From Rhina ancylostomus (taxonomy: Eukaryota), in assembly GCA_030265395.1 (NCBI GenBank), contig JARFYF010000002.1, positions 36,991,502 through 37,055,501 on the forward strand: a DNA stretch of 64,000 nt, read 5' to 3'. The first letter of the stretch is position 1, and each line of letters starts with the position of its first letter. A model generated the notes under the pieces. That model worked only from the letters and a program-made list of their open reading frames with translations. It was not told where the DNA came from and did no database searches. The position numbers were made by a program, and so were the translations under genes. Below are positions 1-12,930 of the stretch, one piece after another.

Positions 1-221
1 AATAGAAACCGAATAACTCAAGCTCCCAGTACACAGTACTTCAGCAAGCATGAATAACCTAATCAAGTAAGAAGTAAGTTTGACCGAGCTGAGTCGTATT
101 TTGCACTGATTTCCATAGTGTACTGTACATAAGAGTGGAGGGGATGTTTGGAGTAGGGCTGCACAGTCATATAGAATGTGCTTTTCATATTTCTGCATTT
201 TGATTAATTGGCCAGCTTTTC

Positions 222-225
<4 letters not shown>

Positions 226-253
<28 letters not shown>

Positions 254-263
254 TGTGTGTGTG
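226..263. repeat. Compound (AG)n(TG)n microsatellite
   Basis: A run of AG dinucleotides followed by TG dinucleotides, read directly. Confidence 0.95.
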
Positions 264-2464
264 AGAAAATCAGCTACAACATTAAGTGTTTGCCCCAGGA
301 GTAAAAATGGAAAATAAAAATAGTATGTGAAGCAAAGCTGTCTTCTAAAGATCATTATCAATGCACACCATTCTTTCAAGGGGTAAAATGAACCTAAAAC
401 AAAGTTCTTGCTTGACTGGATGCTGCTGTATTCCCACTGGGATAGGGGATGGTCACTCCCTTTCATTCTTTTCAAGGTGTCCCTGATTTTTCAAACCATT
501 CTACACTAGGCTGCTTGGACTTTTTTTACATACCAAAGTCAGTGTCTCAAGTGTTTCTTTCTTTTAATCCCCTAAACTGCTGCTGTATGGACTCTTCCAG
601 AGTTGAATAATAGCTTTGCAAATGAGACTTTTTCACATTAAGCGGCTGCTGCTTATTTTTTTAACCACTTTTCACAGAAGCCTTCATCTCTGACGCTACA
701 GTCAATTATATTGTCACTAAAAGAAAACTGTTGACATTAATGTAAAGGTCCAAAAGGTAACAACAATCAATACCTATCCAGCAGCAGGAATACTGGCAAT
801 TTACTTAAACTGAGATAGATTAATTTAACAACTCAAGACTGGAGCATTTCAGCCTCAACAATTTTACTAGTTCTCCTTCATGCGGCTTAATTCATTTAAA
901 TAATGTACAAAATATTTCTACCTTGCTGGGCATCTTTTGAATCAACATCTCTGCATTTTTCTGCATACTTGCTATGAGCAGCCATACTAAGCTCTCCCTT
1001 TGACTACATTAGAACGTCATGCAACAGTAAAAGTGGACAGGATGCTCTTAGCATTAGTGCCATCTCACAGTGGGAATAAAGCTCAGTGGCAAGGGTACTG
1101 GCAGACCTAGGATGCTTCCAGTATTGATTCTTGATCTACCATAGTGTCACTGATTATGGCGGTGAGTGTGATGTAATCTGCTTCAGTGTTCCTAGGCTGG
1201 TGAGGAAAAAAGTGCATCCTTCCATAGTTTTAGCTGAGAGTGTGTACTAAACAGGCAGTGAACAATCATCCTAAAGTAAAATGGGATTAGTGTAGGATGA
1301 ATGTAAGTAGCTGCTTGATAGTTGACATGGTTTGGCGGGACAAAGAACTTGTTTCTGTATAACTATCTGAGTATTTTGGACTAAAGTGGTGAAAGAGCAG
1401 CTGTTCCAGTGGTGGGTTGCTGTAAGTAGTTGACAGTATGAACGACAATTATATCTTATTCAATTTTAAGCCCTGTGGAATGTTTGCTTTGTTCTTTTAT
1501 TGAAAACAAAGGGGAAGAGTGAATGAGCCCTTGGTTGGCAATTTTTCTGGTACCATTCAGTTTCTCCTTCGCTGAGGGTGAGATTACATTTTAATGGGTA
1601 TGGTAGCAATATTGTTCCAGTGGAACTACATAGACACCAAATTGGTGGTTTAGTAAAGTTACAGTGTGATGCTCATCATTAATTTTGATTTTTCTAATCT
1701 GTATTCTTTACTAAAAAACCAGGAACTCCGTGAACTTGGCTTATTGCAGTTTCCCTGGTCTGTACTGGGGGACGGGGGGGTTCTCACCTCAGCAAATGCA
1801 CCTGATAGTATTGACTTTATTAGTTAGTAATTGCCACATGATTTCAGTATGGATGGCAAGCATTTCATTGAAATCTTTTTTGAAAATCCTGCCTTCATGG
1901 GCAAATCAGTTTTCCTATCTACAATAGCATTTTGCATAGAGGTGGGCCAGTATTTCGGATACTTGGGAATTTCTTCACAAGATCAAATGCTTATGGGGGA
2001 GGGGATAGGTGGGGTGAAAAGCATTCTGAGTTCCAAGACATTTGCAAAAATTTCTCATTGTTTATGCCCAGCATATCTTCCTACTTAATCATAATTTTGC
2101 AGCCTGGGGAGGAGGAATAGCCTACAGGTCCTATAATCCTTTGCAATCAGACTACCCCCGCTTAAACCCAGCTGCTCCCATAATGCTTCAGGGCTTGGAG
2201 TTTGATTAGTTTCATGAAGTGTCTGAGAGTGCAGGCACATGTGGAGAGTTCCAGGTATGGTTAGAGGTATTCTCAGTGTATATTGCTGCACCCTGCCCGA
2301 GATAAATTCATCAGGCTTTGTTTCACTCTCCGTAGGTGCAGAATTCTTAACTATTTATTTTAAAATCAATAGCATGCTATTTTAAAGGTTTTAGTATTTT
2401 ACAAAATACTCTGTCTTGTAAGTCTCTCTCCTTGAGTCTGGTCACCCAGGGTATGTAGCCAAAA

Positions 2465-2665
2465 TCATTTTTTTTCCCCCAGGGTTGGGGTATCAAAAAT
2501 GAGAGGATACAGGTTTATGGTGAGAGGAAGGAATTTTAAAGGGGATATGAGGATGAGTTTTTACACAGAGATTGTTTGATATCCGGAATGCACTGCAAGA
2601 GGAGATGGTGGGCTCAGATACAATTACTGCGTGTAAGAGGCATTTAGACAGACACCTAAATAGCC
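2465..2665 (+). mobile_element. CR1-clade LINE 3' fragment
   Basis: 'agaggatacaggtttatggtgagaggaaggaattttaaaggggat...gcatttagacagacacctaaatag' matches the ORF2 C-terminal/3' region of the longer CR1 copies in this window. Confidence 0.75.
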
Positions 2666-2767
2666 AATGTTCTCGAAACCACTGAATAACAAAAAAGGAT
2701 GGCTTTGGCTTGTTGAGGGGGAACAATTATCACTCAGAGAGAAACTCAGGCACAGGTAAATGAGTGT

Positions 2768-2890
2768 GATTACTATGTTCCAGTTTGGAACCGAAGTGCT
2801 GTGTTCTGAGTACTGTGTTCCAGAATAATTACTGATGATTACAAAATGATTATGAAGAATGATTACAAAATGATTACTGTGTTCCAGAGA
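2768..2890. repeat. Short degenerate tandem repeat
   Basis: Recurring units 'tgattactrtgttccag' and 'atgattacaaaatgatta'. Confidence 0.6.
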
Positions 2891-3559
2891 TTGGAATCCA
2901 AGTCATGAGCTCCAGTTATATTGCCACCATCCTACCCTCACAGATGAAAATCTATGCCTTCCTCTCCTCATATAGTTGAGATCCTATCATTGATGTGCCT
3001 ACCTATTGAAAATATCTCTCCCTTTCTCTTTTCTTCATGTTCTTCCCCTTCAACTAATTTTCCATTTCCTATCCCTTTTCCTTGCTACTTTCCATTTTGC
3101 CTTCTCCTCCCTTAGCTCTCTCCTTGGCATCTCTCCGGGACCCACCCTCTCCAGATCTCCCCACTCTTGCACTCTTTACATCAAAAACCATTTGGTAAGG
3201 AGTCATCAAAAAAGGGGCATCTTGCTTTTCTCTAGTGTTATGATGGGACAGGCCACTGAGATGCCTCGTCACTTTTTGGACTTTCACATAAGCAGGATGT
3301 GATGAAGTCAATATCGTTACAGAGTGCTTTGCATCCAGTGTAGAACTGCTGTTATATATAAACAAACTCTCACAAGCTGTACTGAAGTTACGACCAGGTA
3401 CTTCATCCTCAGTTGGATGGGTGCTTATTCTTCATCTAAAATACTGTTCCAATGAGATCAATGGAGCTGAATTTCAGAAGCAAAACACAACCGATGGGTG
3501 CTACTACATCTGGACATCTAGCACACATGATCAAAGATAATTTCTAGGCAAACGTGTTT

Positions 3560-3875
3560 CAATGATGTTATTAGGGGAATAAATATTGGCTAGGACATCA
3601 GGGTTAATTTCCCTGCTGTTCTTTGAAATACTGCCAAGAGGCCCTCCACTCACACCTGACAAAGCAGACGGAGCTGTGGTTGATTGTCTCATCAAAACTA
3701 ATGGCACAACACTATCTCGTGTTTTAAATCCATCTGAGAAGGCAAAGAGAGCCTCAGCTTCCAATGGAAAGGTAGCACCCCCAATGGTGCAACATTCCTT
3801 CAGCACTGGTGGCCAAATCTACAATGCGGAGCTTGAACCTATATCCAACTGGCAGATATGAGAATGCTGCCAATA
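3560..3875 (-). mobile_element. DeuSINE (SacSINE1/AmnSINE1-like) remnant
   Basis: 'ggaataaatattggctaggacatcaggg...ccctgctgttctttgaaatactgcc...cacctgacaaagcagacggagctgtggttgattgtctcatc' is the reverse complement of the Deu central domain as I recall it. Confidence 0.7.
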
Positions 3876-4344
3876 AAAGAGGGCTGCTATCATGGTAGGA
3901 GGAATATTTCTAGTATTTATTATTTCAACAGCTGAGTAATATAAAAGGACTGTAAATTAATAATTGGCAAAAGATATTTCCTTTTCCTATCCTCAGGAGC
4001 TCTGTTATTTAATGTCTCCTGAGCATGCCAGGAGATGGGCTGTTGATACCAGTGACAAATCCCATCAGCAAGTAGCTCTACTGCAATCCAAACCAATTCC
4101 TGATGCCATTCTGTAGGCAGCTGAGACTGGAAGCTCAGCACTGCCTTGTTCTTGCCATGTAATTGGGTCGATAGTAAATCTGAAGTAATGTAGACTAGAC
4201 AAGACCGCTAAGTGGGCTTTCAAAGACCTCCACATTTCAGTTTATTATGCTTTCTTCTGAGAGGAAAAGGACAGCGAGCCTTAGAGCCATGAAAACATTT
4301 TGTGAATAAGAATGTGAATAAGCTGAATGAGTATGTGCCACCTC

Positions 4345-5065
4345 TTCACGCTTTATACTCCAGTAATATTTATCCTGCTGCAACACTTATCTTACAGTAA
4401 CATTTATACAGTTAGAATTTCTATTNNNNNNNNNNNNNNNNNNNNNNNNNNNNNNNNNNNNNNNNNNNNNNNNNNNNNNNNNNNNNNNNNNNNNNNNNNN
4501 NNNNNNNNNNNNNNNNNNNNNNNNNNNNNNNNNNNNNNNNNNNNNNNNTACACTCCAAAATGAAACAGACAATACTGCTTTTACTTCTCAAACCTAATAA
4601 GTCTGAAACCACAAAATTAATCATTGTATTTCAGAAAAAAATTACACTGCTGTAATATTTATCCTGTGATGTTTATAGTGTAATAAGATTATATCGCAGT
4701 AATATTTTATGTTGCAGTATGATTTTTACCATAAATACATCTTACAGTAATATTTATACTGCCATAATTTTTATACCGCTGTAATATTTGTATTGCAGTA
4801 AGATTTATTCTATTGCAAATATTGTAGTAGTAAGGACACTACAGTAATATTTAAGCTGTAGTAATATTGATCGCACACTAATCTTTGTATTCCAGCAATA
4901 TTTGTGCTGCAGTTATATTTTTATTGCATTAATATTGCTATCATGGCAATGTTTATCCAACACTAACCTACATCAGTAATATTTGTGCTGTGGCAGTGTT
5001 TATATTGCAGTGATGTTGGTACATTAGTAATATCTATTCCACAATAATATATATATTGCGGGGAT
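4345..5065. repeat. AT-rich degenerate minisatellite, unit about 18-20 nt (cagtaatatttatactg-like), containing an N gap
   Basis: Many variants of 'cagtaatattt' followed by 'tactg/attgca'. Confidence 0.75.
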
Positions 5066-6958
5066 GTTTGCTTCAATGCTGGCAGGATACTGAGCAAAAT
5101 AATGGTGCAATGGGACCAACCTCCAGTCATAAGCTGTAATGCTAAATACACTAGGCTTGAAATTTGCTTTCAAGCTGCTTTCCAATGCTGTTTGATCATG
5201 TTATTTTAATCAGAAAGGAATGTGAAAAATAGAGGTTGTTGCACTCTGACTTCAGATGGGGCTATATATTATCATTTAATTACTGACACAAACATTATTA
5301 TACTGTGCTGAGATAGCAGCACAATCATTTGAATTGTTTTGAGTGAACCCTTAACTGCACACTCTTTGTACCATTAATAAAAAAGAAACAGACCATGCCT
5401 GTGATTTTTGTTTTGAAAGCCATCTGTGGTTGATCTGTTGAAATTTTTGAAATCTGCAATAAGCAAGGGGGTTCTGCAGCTAACATTACAGAAGAGATGT
5501 AGGATATGCTTTCTAGTTGCTTTCTGAGCCGGGCAGTGTTACCTGACACTGCAACTGTAACTGGGAATCATATGAGAAGGAAACAGGGCAAGGAAAAGGA
5601 AAGTTAAAGTCAACAATAAAGTACAAGATAAAGAAGAAAGATTTTGGTCAATGTTATTCATGTTTTCTGTCTTTATAAAGATAAAGTTAATTTTAAAATG
5701 GATAGAAAGTTACTTGAGGTGGATTCATAACTTAAAATGTGTAAAGATTTATAATGGGGTAAAATTGTAAAATTATTCCTGTAACTGCCAGCACCAGTTC
5801 TGATAGCCACAAAGTGGATCTCTGCATGCACAGATGGCCTTTAATCCAGAAGGACAACGTTTAATTTCTGTGAATTTCTGCAGCTTCAAGATAGGTTACT
5901 GTTTTGTAGCAGTTTATATAATTCAGTGTGATTTATATAATTCACTGTGATTTACCCATTTGTATCACTTATGAATTATGATTCATTTGTCATTATATTG
6001 ACACATGCATATACAGTATACATCCTGACATTGTGTAAGCTAGAGAGGTTCAAAATTAATGGGATAGAAATTCCTGGCATTAGTTGATATATAATCATTA
6101 TTTGGGTTTTAGTGGAGTACTTGGCATTTATTTGTCCTGTTTCAAAATTCGAGTGAGGGTGGTTCTTGCCTAAATCCAAAGAATAAGCAGTACTGTTTGG
6201 GAGCCATCTGTCATAATACCCAGCATTTCCACTTTCATTTCCCTTTATATTTTAATGCAGTGATCCTTATCTTACTAACATTTCATATTGACGGGAATGG
6301 GGCCGTGTTTACTAATCTTCTGTAAATTAGTTCCTCCATTGGAATATTCTGTTCCTTAATTAGTGGCAAACTGCTACTCTGAAATTCATCTTGAATTGTG
6401 AAGGCATACAGTAGATAGCTCAGGTGATTTGCCTCGTTTCCCAGTATCTGGGACATAATACTAGAGCAACTGCTAGATGAAGGTCTCAATATGCAAAACC
6501 TGCAGTCCAAAGAAGAACCAAGAATTTTGAAGCTGCCACTGTTAAGCGTGTTGATGGACAATAAATGTTTTGTACATGTTAATTTTTATTCATAGCAATT
6601 GTTGGTTTGGCTGCACTTGGAGCATTGTGTGCCGTTTTGGTCATCATGCAAAAGGAAGGATGTGATTAAGCTAGAGAGGATGCAGAAAAGATTCACAGTA
6701 ATGTTGTCTGGATTGGAGAGCTTGTGTTATAAGGAGAGATTGCATAGGCTGGTTTTGCTTTCTCTGCAGTAAAAGGGGCTGAGAGGTGATCTTGTAGAGG
6801 TTTATAAAATTGTGAGGGGCATAGCTAGGGTAGATAGTCACAGTCTTTTTCCCAGGCTCCCAGGCCAGAGGAGTCGAAAACCAGAGGGCATAAGTGTAAT
6901 ACACAAAAAGTGCTGGAGGAACTCAGCAAGTCAGGCAGCATCCATGGAGGGAAATAAA

Positions 6959-6996
6959 CAGTCGACATTCCAGGCCAAGACCCTTTATCAGGACTG
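6959..6996 (-). ncRNA. Degenerate minimal hammerhead ribozyme motif (antisense copy)
   Basis: The reverse complement reads CAGTC CTGATAA A GGGT-CTTG-GCCT GGAA TGTC GACTG. Stem I is perfect, the core is mutated. Confidence 0.6.
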
Positions 6997-7106
6997 GAAA
7001 GGAAGAGGGCCAAAGCCCTCTCACCTGTACTTGCTTATCCCCTGCCTATGTGTACTCCTCCCCTTGCCCCCCGCCTTCTTATATTGGCTTCTGCCCTCTT
7101 CATTTC

Positions 7107-7144
7107 CAGTCCTGATGAAGGGTCTTGGCCTGAAACGTCGCCTG
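7107..7144 (+). ncRNA. Minimal type-I hammerhead ribozyme motif (PLE type)
   Basis: CAGTC CTGATGA A GGGT-CTTG-GCCT GAAA CGTC GCCTG. Intact CUGAUGA and GAAA core, stem II hairpin, palindromic ACGU stem III, GUC cleavage triplet, stem I with one mismatch. Confidence 0.75.
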
Positions 7145-8549
7145 TTTATTTCCCTCCATGGATGCTGCCTGACCTGCTGAGTTCCCCCAGCATTTTGTAT
7201 ATTGCTCCTGACTCCAGCATCTGCAGAATTTCTTCCATCTCAGGCATAGATGTAAGATGGGGAGGGGGAGATTTAAAGGGTATCTGAGGCGCAAGATTAT
7301 TACATAGAGAGTGGTGGGGACATGGAATGAGCCGCCAGAAGAGATGGTAGAGGCATGTACAAAAACAATGTTTAAAAGATATTTGGACAGGAGTATGTGT
7401 AGGAAAGCTTTAGTGGGATATGGGCCAAATGGGATTAGGTTAAATAGGCATTTTGGTTGGTATAGACAAATCGGGCCAAAGGGCCTGTTTCTGTGCTGTA
7501 TAACTCTATGAATCCATAAGAATATGGATTTAAGTTGGGAAATATCACTTGACATAAGTTAAATTATCTGTTGAGTTGGGGGGGGTGGGGGAAGGTAGGA
7601 ACTCTTTTCCTGTTTCTCTACTCTTTTTCCAGGTTGAAATAACCTTTTTTTTGTGGCTCTAGGTCAAATTTTGTTTGATAGTGCTCCTGTGAGGCACTTT
7701 GGAACACTTTTTAAAGTTGGAGGTGCTATATAAGAGCATGTAGTGGTTGCCGCTTTTTCATTGTATTCAATATAACACCAAGTCCCTTCACCAAGCTCAC
7801 TTTAGGTATTGGTGGTGGGGGGCGGGGGTGGTGGTAGAAGAGGGGAAGGTTTGCCAAACATTCATTCAAGGAGGCTTTAGATTTTAAGAAAACAATTTGC
7901 TGCAAAATGTTTCTGTACAGAGAAGTCCTTGCACAACAGTGCAGATCTAGTTGAGCGGCCATAAAGTGCCACGACAAGGATATACACAAAAATGCAATGA
8001 TGATACAAGAATCATCCTGTTAAAGGTTATATGGACCATTTATATAAAGGATCAGTGCCACACTGTACCTTAGAGTTAAATAGAGATTATTTCAGACTGC
8101 TAAGTGATTCAATTTGAGAGTGCATGTTGTGTGTAACAATGCAATTGCACAAATCACCCAGCATACAGCTACATTGCCAGTGCAGGTCTTCTTGGTAACT
8201 CTGTTAAGCAGATGCTTACACATACTTAGTTACAGGTGTAAGGCTAGTCAGCATTAACATTTCCTTTTTTTTAAATGTTTATGAAACTGACATATATTTT
8301 AGGAAAATTGCATAAAATCAAGACATTTCCTGCAGCATTGTAGGAGGAGTTTGACAGGAGCCTCTAAATCATGGTCAGGAGCTCCGTATAATGTACTTGC
8401 CGCATAGCCTGAGGGTCATTGGCAGCCCTTATCCTTTTTATCTGTGACTTGGTGGAAGTGCTATTCCATGGTCCTTGAACTTACAATCATAGTCCTTGCA
8501 GCTCTGAGACATTGCCATTCTAGGGGTTCAAAATAGAAGAAGAAAAATC

Positions 8550-8735
8550 ACAGGGGTGCTGGTAGAGGCAGATACATTAGGGACATTTAAGAGACACTTA
8601 AATAGGCACATGGATGATAGTAAAATGGAGGGGTATGTGGGAGGGAAGAGTTAGGTAGATCTTAGAGTAGGCTAAAAGGTTGGTGTAACATTGTGGGCCA
8701 ATGGGCCTGTACTGTGCTGTAATGTTCTATATTCT
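8550..8735 (+). mobile_element. CR1 LINE 3' end
   Basis: 'gtagaggcagatacattagggacatttaagagacac...gggcctgtactgtgctgtaatgttctatattct', the same tail as the copy ending at about 62172. Confidence 0.85.
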
Positions 8736-10732
8736 TCATTGGGTTCTCAAAATAGACTGGGAGAATTGGCGGTCATTGAAATGCTCACTACATTATAACT
8801 AAAATGGGCCATCGTACAGGATAGCACAGAGTGAAAGGGTGAGGGTAGTGCAGCGACATATAAGGCAGGCTCTTAGTGTGAACCCTGTCATGCTTCATAG
8901 AATAAAACAAATTGTGGCTGATTAAAACAGGACTGCCTTTTTTGATTGAAGGCTATGAACAGCTAATGTGATGTTATCACTGCAGAACGATATTGTCACA
9001 TGGTGAACAGGCAGTTGCAAGGACAAGAGAATAATTCTCCAGCTCTGAAACAGAATTACAGACTTTGCATATTATAAATAGAGGATACAGATTCAGATAT
9101 GTTTATCCAACGGGGAACCTGACTGAATAATGCATGTAAGCTGAGACAATATCATGTTGAGACCAAATGCTGGATAAAAATTCAGTTCAATAGATTTCAA
9201 TTATGTCATACACTTTTACATTTAAATATATATTTTTTGCACATTGAATAGATCAGAATATAAGGAAAAAGGGACAGGCATAGTATCCAGTAAGATAAAC
9301 CAGAAGTCTTTCATCGAGGGGGAGAAGGAGGGCAATGGAAAATTGAGGGCTCAGATTTGGTAATGGCCAATCCATAATGGGTACTTTATTGCTGGAACCA
9401 TACCCCTGATTTCCCAAGCTTTCCTCTCTGCAGAGGGCACTATACCACATCATCACTACTAGGAGGACTATGGCCATGAGGATTTCCTTTCATACTTTTT
9501 AAAATATTCCCCCCTATCTGGAAGATTTTGCTGTTTGGTTTCTCTGACCACAAGTGCCTCAGTGCAGCCCTTTTGGTGTGACTACTGGCAGAACAGCTGG
9601 CAAGTTGCATCTTGTTTTCATTCACACAAATGCACTTTTTATGTTAACAGCAACTACAACAAATTCAACACAACCAGAACATAATAAAAACAATTCAAGG
9701 CACTGCACGGGGTATTACTGAACAAACAAAACAATAAAACCTTCTATTTAAGTGGATCTTCAATGCAACAAAAACAACCTAAGATGCGCCACAGGAGTGT
9801 TATCATCTAAAATCATTCTGAACCCACTATGGAGATGAAGTGACAAGTGAACTGGCTACATCAAAAGTTTTTTGAGTGAATTATAGGATAAAAAAAAGAG
9901 GCAGAGAAATAGAGGTTTAGGAAGCAGATTCCAGTGATTAGAACCTTGGAAGCTGAAGATATAGCTGTCAATGATAAGTAATTAATTTCAGGGATGGGTT
10001 CAGAATTGGAGAACTATGTCACAGGTCCAGGGATAGAGGAAACTAGATAGGGCAAGACCATGGAGGTGCCAGAGTTGGTGAGCAAACACAAGGGCAATGA
10101 ATGATTGGAACCTGTGCTGACAAAATCTAGACTTAGGGATGTTGAGGCCACTGGTAGGATGTGCACTCTCTTCAAGCTCAGGGTGAAATTTCAGAGGGGT
10201 ACTTTGATCATCAACTTTGGCCAGAGAGCAGAATGCTGTCTCTCTGTGGTTTGTTCACCACTATTGTTGTGTTGCAGTGAATAAATGAAGGATCCTATGG
10301 ATGCTCACCAAAGAGTGATAGCAGGATTAGCGAGCAAATTCAAAAGTCTTCTGGTGAAGGCAAGTCCACAGTGCCATGATTCAAAGCTAATGGCACCCCA
10401 TTAGCAAAGGGACTGAAAACAAACGCTGATGATTTAGATGGAGGTACCACTTTGACGTAAAAGGGGTGGGGTTCATTTTTGAGGTCAGTTAAAGTTGTGG
10501 AGATATTCAGATTTTTACCCTCATCTGTACAGTGTTATATCTGACCCTGGTATACAAAGCCATATTATGGAATAGCATGTAAATGCATTTGAGGGATTTG
10601 GTGATGGATGAAATCCTGCTATTCATTTGGTAGGCTCCTGGTTTTGGAAGGCAAGTCAGGGGACAAAAAAATGCTGCTCAGAGTTATTTATACCCCATCA
10701 GTCAGCAAATTAGTACATATGCTTTTTATATG

Positions 10733-11930
10733 CCATAGAGTTACACAGCACAGGAACAGGCCTTTGGCACAGTTTGTCCATGCCGACCAAGTTGCCTACC
10801 TAAGCTTATTCCATTTGCCTGCATTTGGCCCATATCCTTCTAAACCCTTCCTCTCCACGTACCTGTATAAGTGTCTTTGAAATGTTGTAATCTTCCCCTC
10901 ACTCCTTAAACCTATGCCCTCCAGTTTTAGCGGCCCCTACCCTGGCGAAAAAGACTGACTATTCACCTTATCTATGCTCTTCACCATTTTATATACTTCT
11001 GTAAGGTCACCCCTCAGCCTCCTATAAATAAAACCCCAGCCTATTCAGTCTCTCTGTATAATTCAAGCCCTCCAGTCCTGTTAACATCTTTGTGATTTTT
11101 TTTCTGTACCCTTTCTAGCTTAAGGACATCCTTCTATAGCCAGGAGAGCAGAACAATACACGATACTCCAAATGCAGTCTCGCCAAAGTTTTGTACAGCT
11201 GTAACGTGACATCCTAACTCTTGTATTCAGTGCCCTGACCAATGAAGGCAAGCATACTAAATGCCTTTTTCAACCTATCTACATGTGTTGCTTCCAGGGA
11301 ACTATGTACTTGTACGTAGACTCAAGGACAGCTTCTATCCTGCTGTTATAAGACTCCTGAATGGTTCACTGAGGTACAATAAGACTGACTCGTGACCTCA
11401 CAGTCTACCTTGTTATGGCCTTGCACTTTATTGTCTGCCGGCACTGCACTTACTCTATAACTGTAACACTTTATTCTGCATTCTGTTATTGTTTTCCCTT
11501 GTGCTACCTCAATGCACTGTTGTAATGTATGGATGGCATGCAACACAAGGTTTTACAGTGTACATCGGTACATGTGACAATAATAAATTCCAATTGTATC
11601 CCTAGGTCTCTATAACACTCTCCAGGGCCCTACCACTTCCTGTGTAAGTCCTGTCCTGGTCATAAATACAACACATTGCATTTGTCCAAATTAAATTCCA
11701 TCTGCCATTCCTTTCTCAGTTGATCTAGATCCTGTCGCAATCTTAGATGATCTTCCTCACTGTCCTCTATGCCACCAATTTTGGTGTCATCTGCAATGTT
11801 GCCAACTATATCCTCATCTATGTTGTTAATATAGATGACAAACAACAGTGGACCTAGCACTGATCCCTGTGGCACACCGCTGGTCACAGGCCTCCAATCT
11901 GAAAAACAACCCTCCACTATTACCATCTGA
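10733..11930 (-). mobile_element. Internally deleted CR1 LINE with reverse transcriptase (RT) remnant
   Basis: ORF 11660-11926 contains VTSGVPQGSVLGPLLFVIYIN and ADDTKIGG. The 3' tail lies at about 10733-10900 on the minus strand. Confidence 0.9.
11317..11593 (+). mobile_element. Rex/Babar-like LINE 3' end nested in the CR1
   Basis: Encodes RLKDSFYPAVIRLLN and ends 'gtgacaataataaattccaa'. Flanked by a possible ttgtac/ttgtat TSD. Confidence 0.65.
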
Positions 11931-12749
11931 TATGATTAAATATCTCATGGAAGCTAAATAGATTTACTCACAAGGGGACTAGCAGTTTTGATTCTAATGG
12001 CAATATGGAGACACTGATATTATAATTGGTTAATTTGCCCTCAACTTCATTTGGAACCACTCTGAATATAGAACGTTGTTGACTACTATTTCAAATACTG
12101 TTTGTAATTCACCTTAATGTAAAAACATTGACTCTTTTAGAAGAAAGTAATGAGAAATTGCCACTGCCCAATCAGTTTATCCTATGTCCTTTGTACTTGT
12201 GCCAAATCCTGCAACTTTGCACCACTTCTCTAACTTTATGCCAAACTCATGCCTAATAATATGAAAATGATGAAACTGCTGTCTATTTTGAAAGGATCAC
12301 ATCATCACTATCACACAGTAATGTTATGAAAATTATAGCTCTTTCCGCCATCCACCTCATCTATCAGGAATTCAAAGAGGGAATCAGCCTTGAGGATATT
12401 GTGAAGTTAATTTTTCATCAGTCTGTGTTGCCAGTGTGCCCAAACACTCAATGGGTGGGTGATCTGAATATTGTAATCAGCCTAGAGAAAGTTACAACCA
12501 TAATTTAACAATAAGCTTCTTATTATACAGAAGCCACCAGTAGTGGCGCAGAGTTTAATTTTCGCTTTTCAGTCCCTTGAGATGCCTTAACCTCCATGTT
12601 TAATGTATACTCTAAGATAGTGTCATAAGATCGCAGAGTGAAGATAACAAAAACACGCTGAAGAAAAAAATCAGTGAATTTCTATCATTGTGTCTGTACA
12701 TTTTGTAGTTAAAATTTTGGGAAATTTGAAATCAGTGGGCATCAAAGGG

Positions 12750-12930
12750 AAAAACAATCCAGTGGTCGGAGTCATACCTCCACAAAGGAAGATGGTTGTG
12801 GTTGTTAGAGGTCAACCATTACAGCCTTAAGATTTAATTGTGGAAGTCCAAGGCCCATAAAAGCTTCATCAGTGACTTTCCTTCCATCATAAGGTCAAAA
12901 GTGGGGATGTTCACTCATAATTGCATAATG
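12750..12930 (+). mobile_element. Old CR1/L2-type RT fragment
   Basis: Degenerate coding for W-ESYL--RKMVVVV-GQ and FI-D-PSIIRS-VGMF. Confidence 0.65.

Larger units (their letters stand above)
6900..7242 (+). mobile_element. Short Penelope-like terminal element with an inverted terminal copy
   Basis: Arms 6900-7017 and 7086-7202 are reverse complements and match the 3' end of the PLE at 51500-51626. Flanked by a degenerate TSD, ggcataagtgtaa (6887-6899) and ggcatagatgtaa (7243-7255). Confidence 0.85.
6600..7510 (+). mobile_element. CR1 LINE 3' fragment interrupted by a PLE-derived insert at 6900-7242
   Basis: 'cacttggagcattgtgtgccgttttggtc' (HLEYCVQFW-like) through to the tail 'gggcctgtttctgtgctgtataactctatga'. 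The CR1 sequence resumes after the insert. Confidence 0.85.

Noticed and set aside
4345-5065. CRISPR-like array
   Set aside because: Vertebrate intron, degenerate units, no constant repeat-spacer structure and no cas genes.
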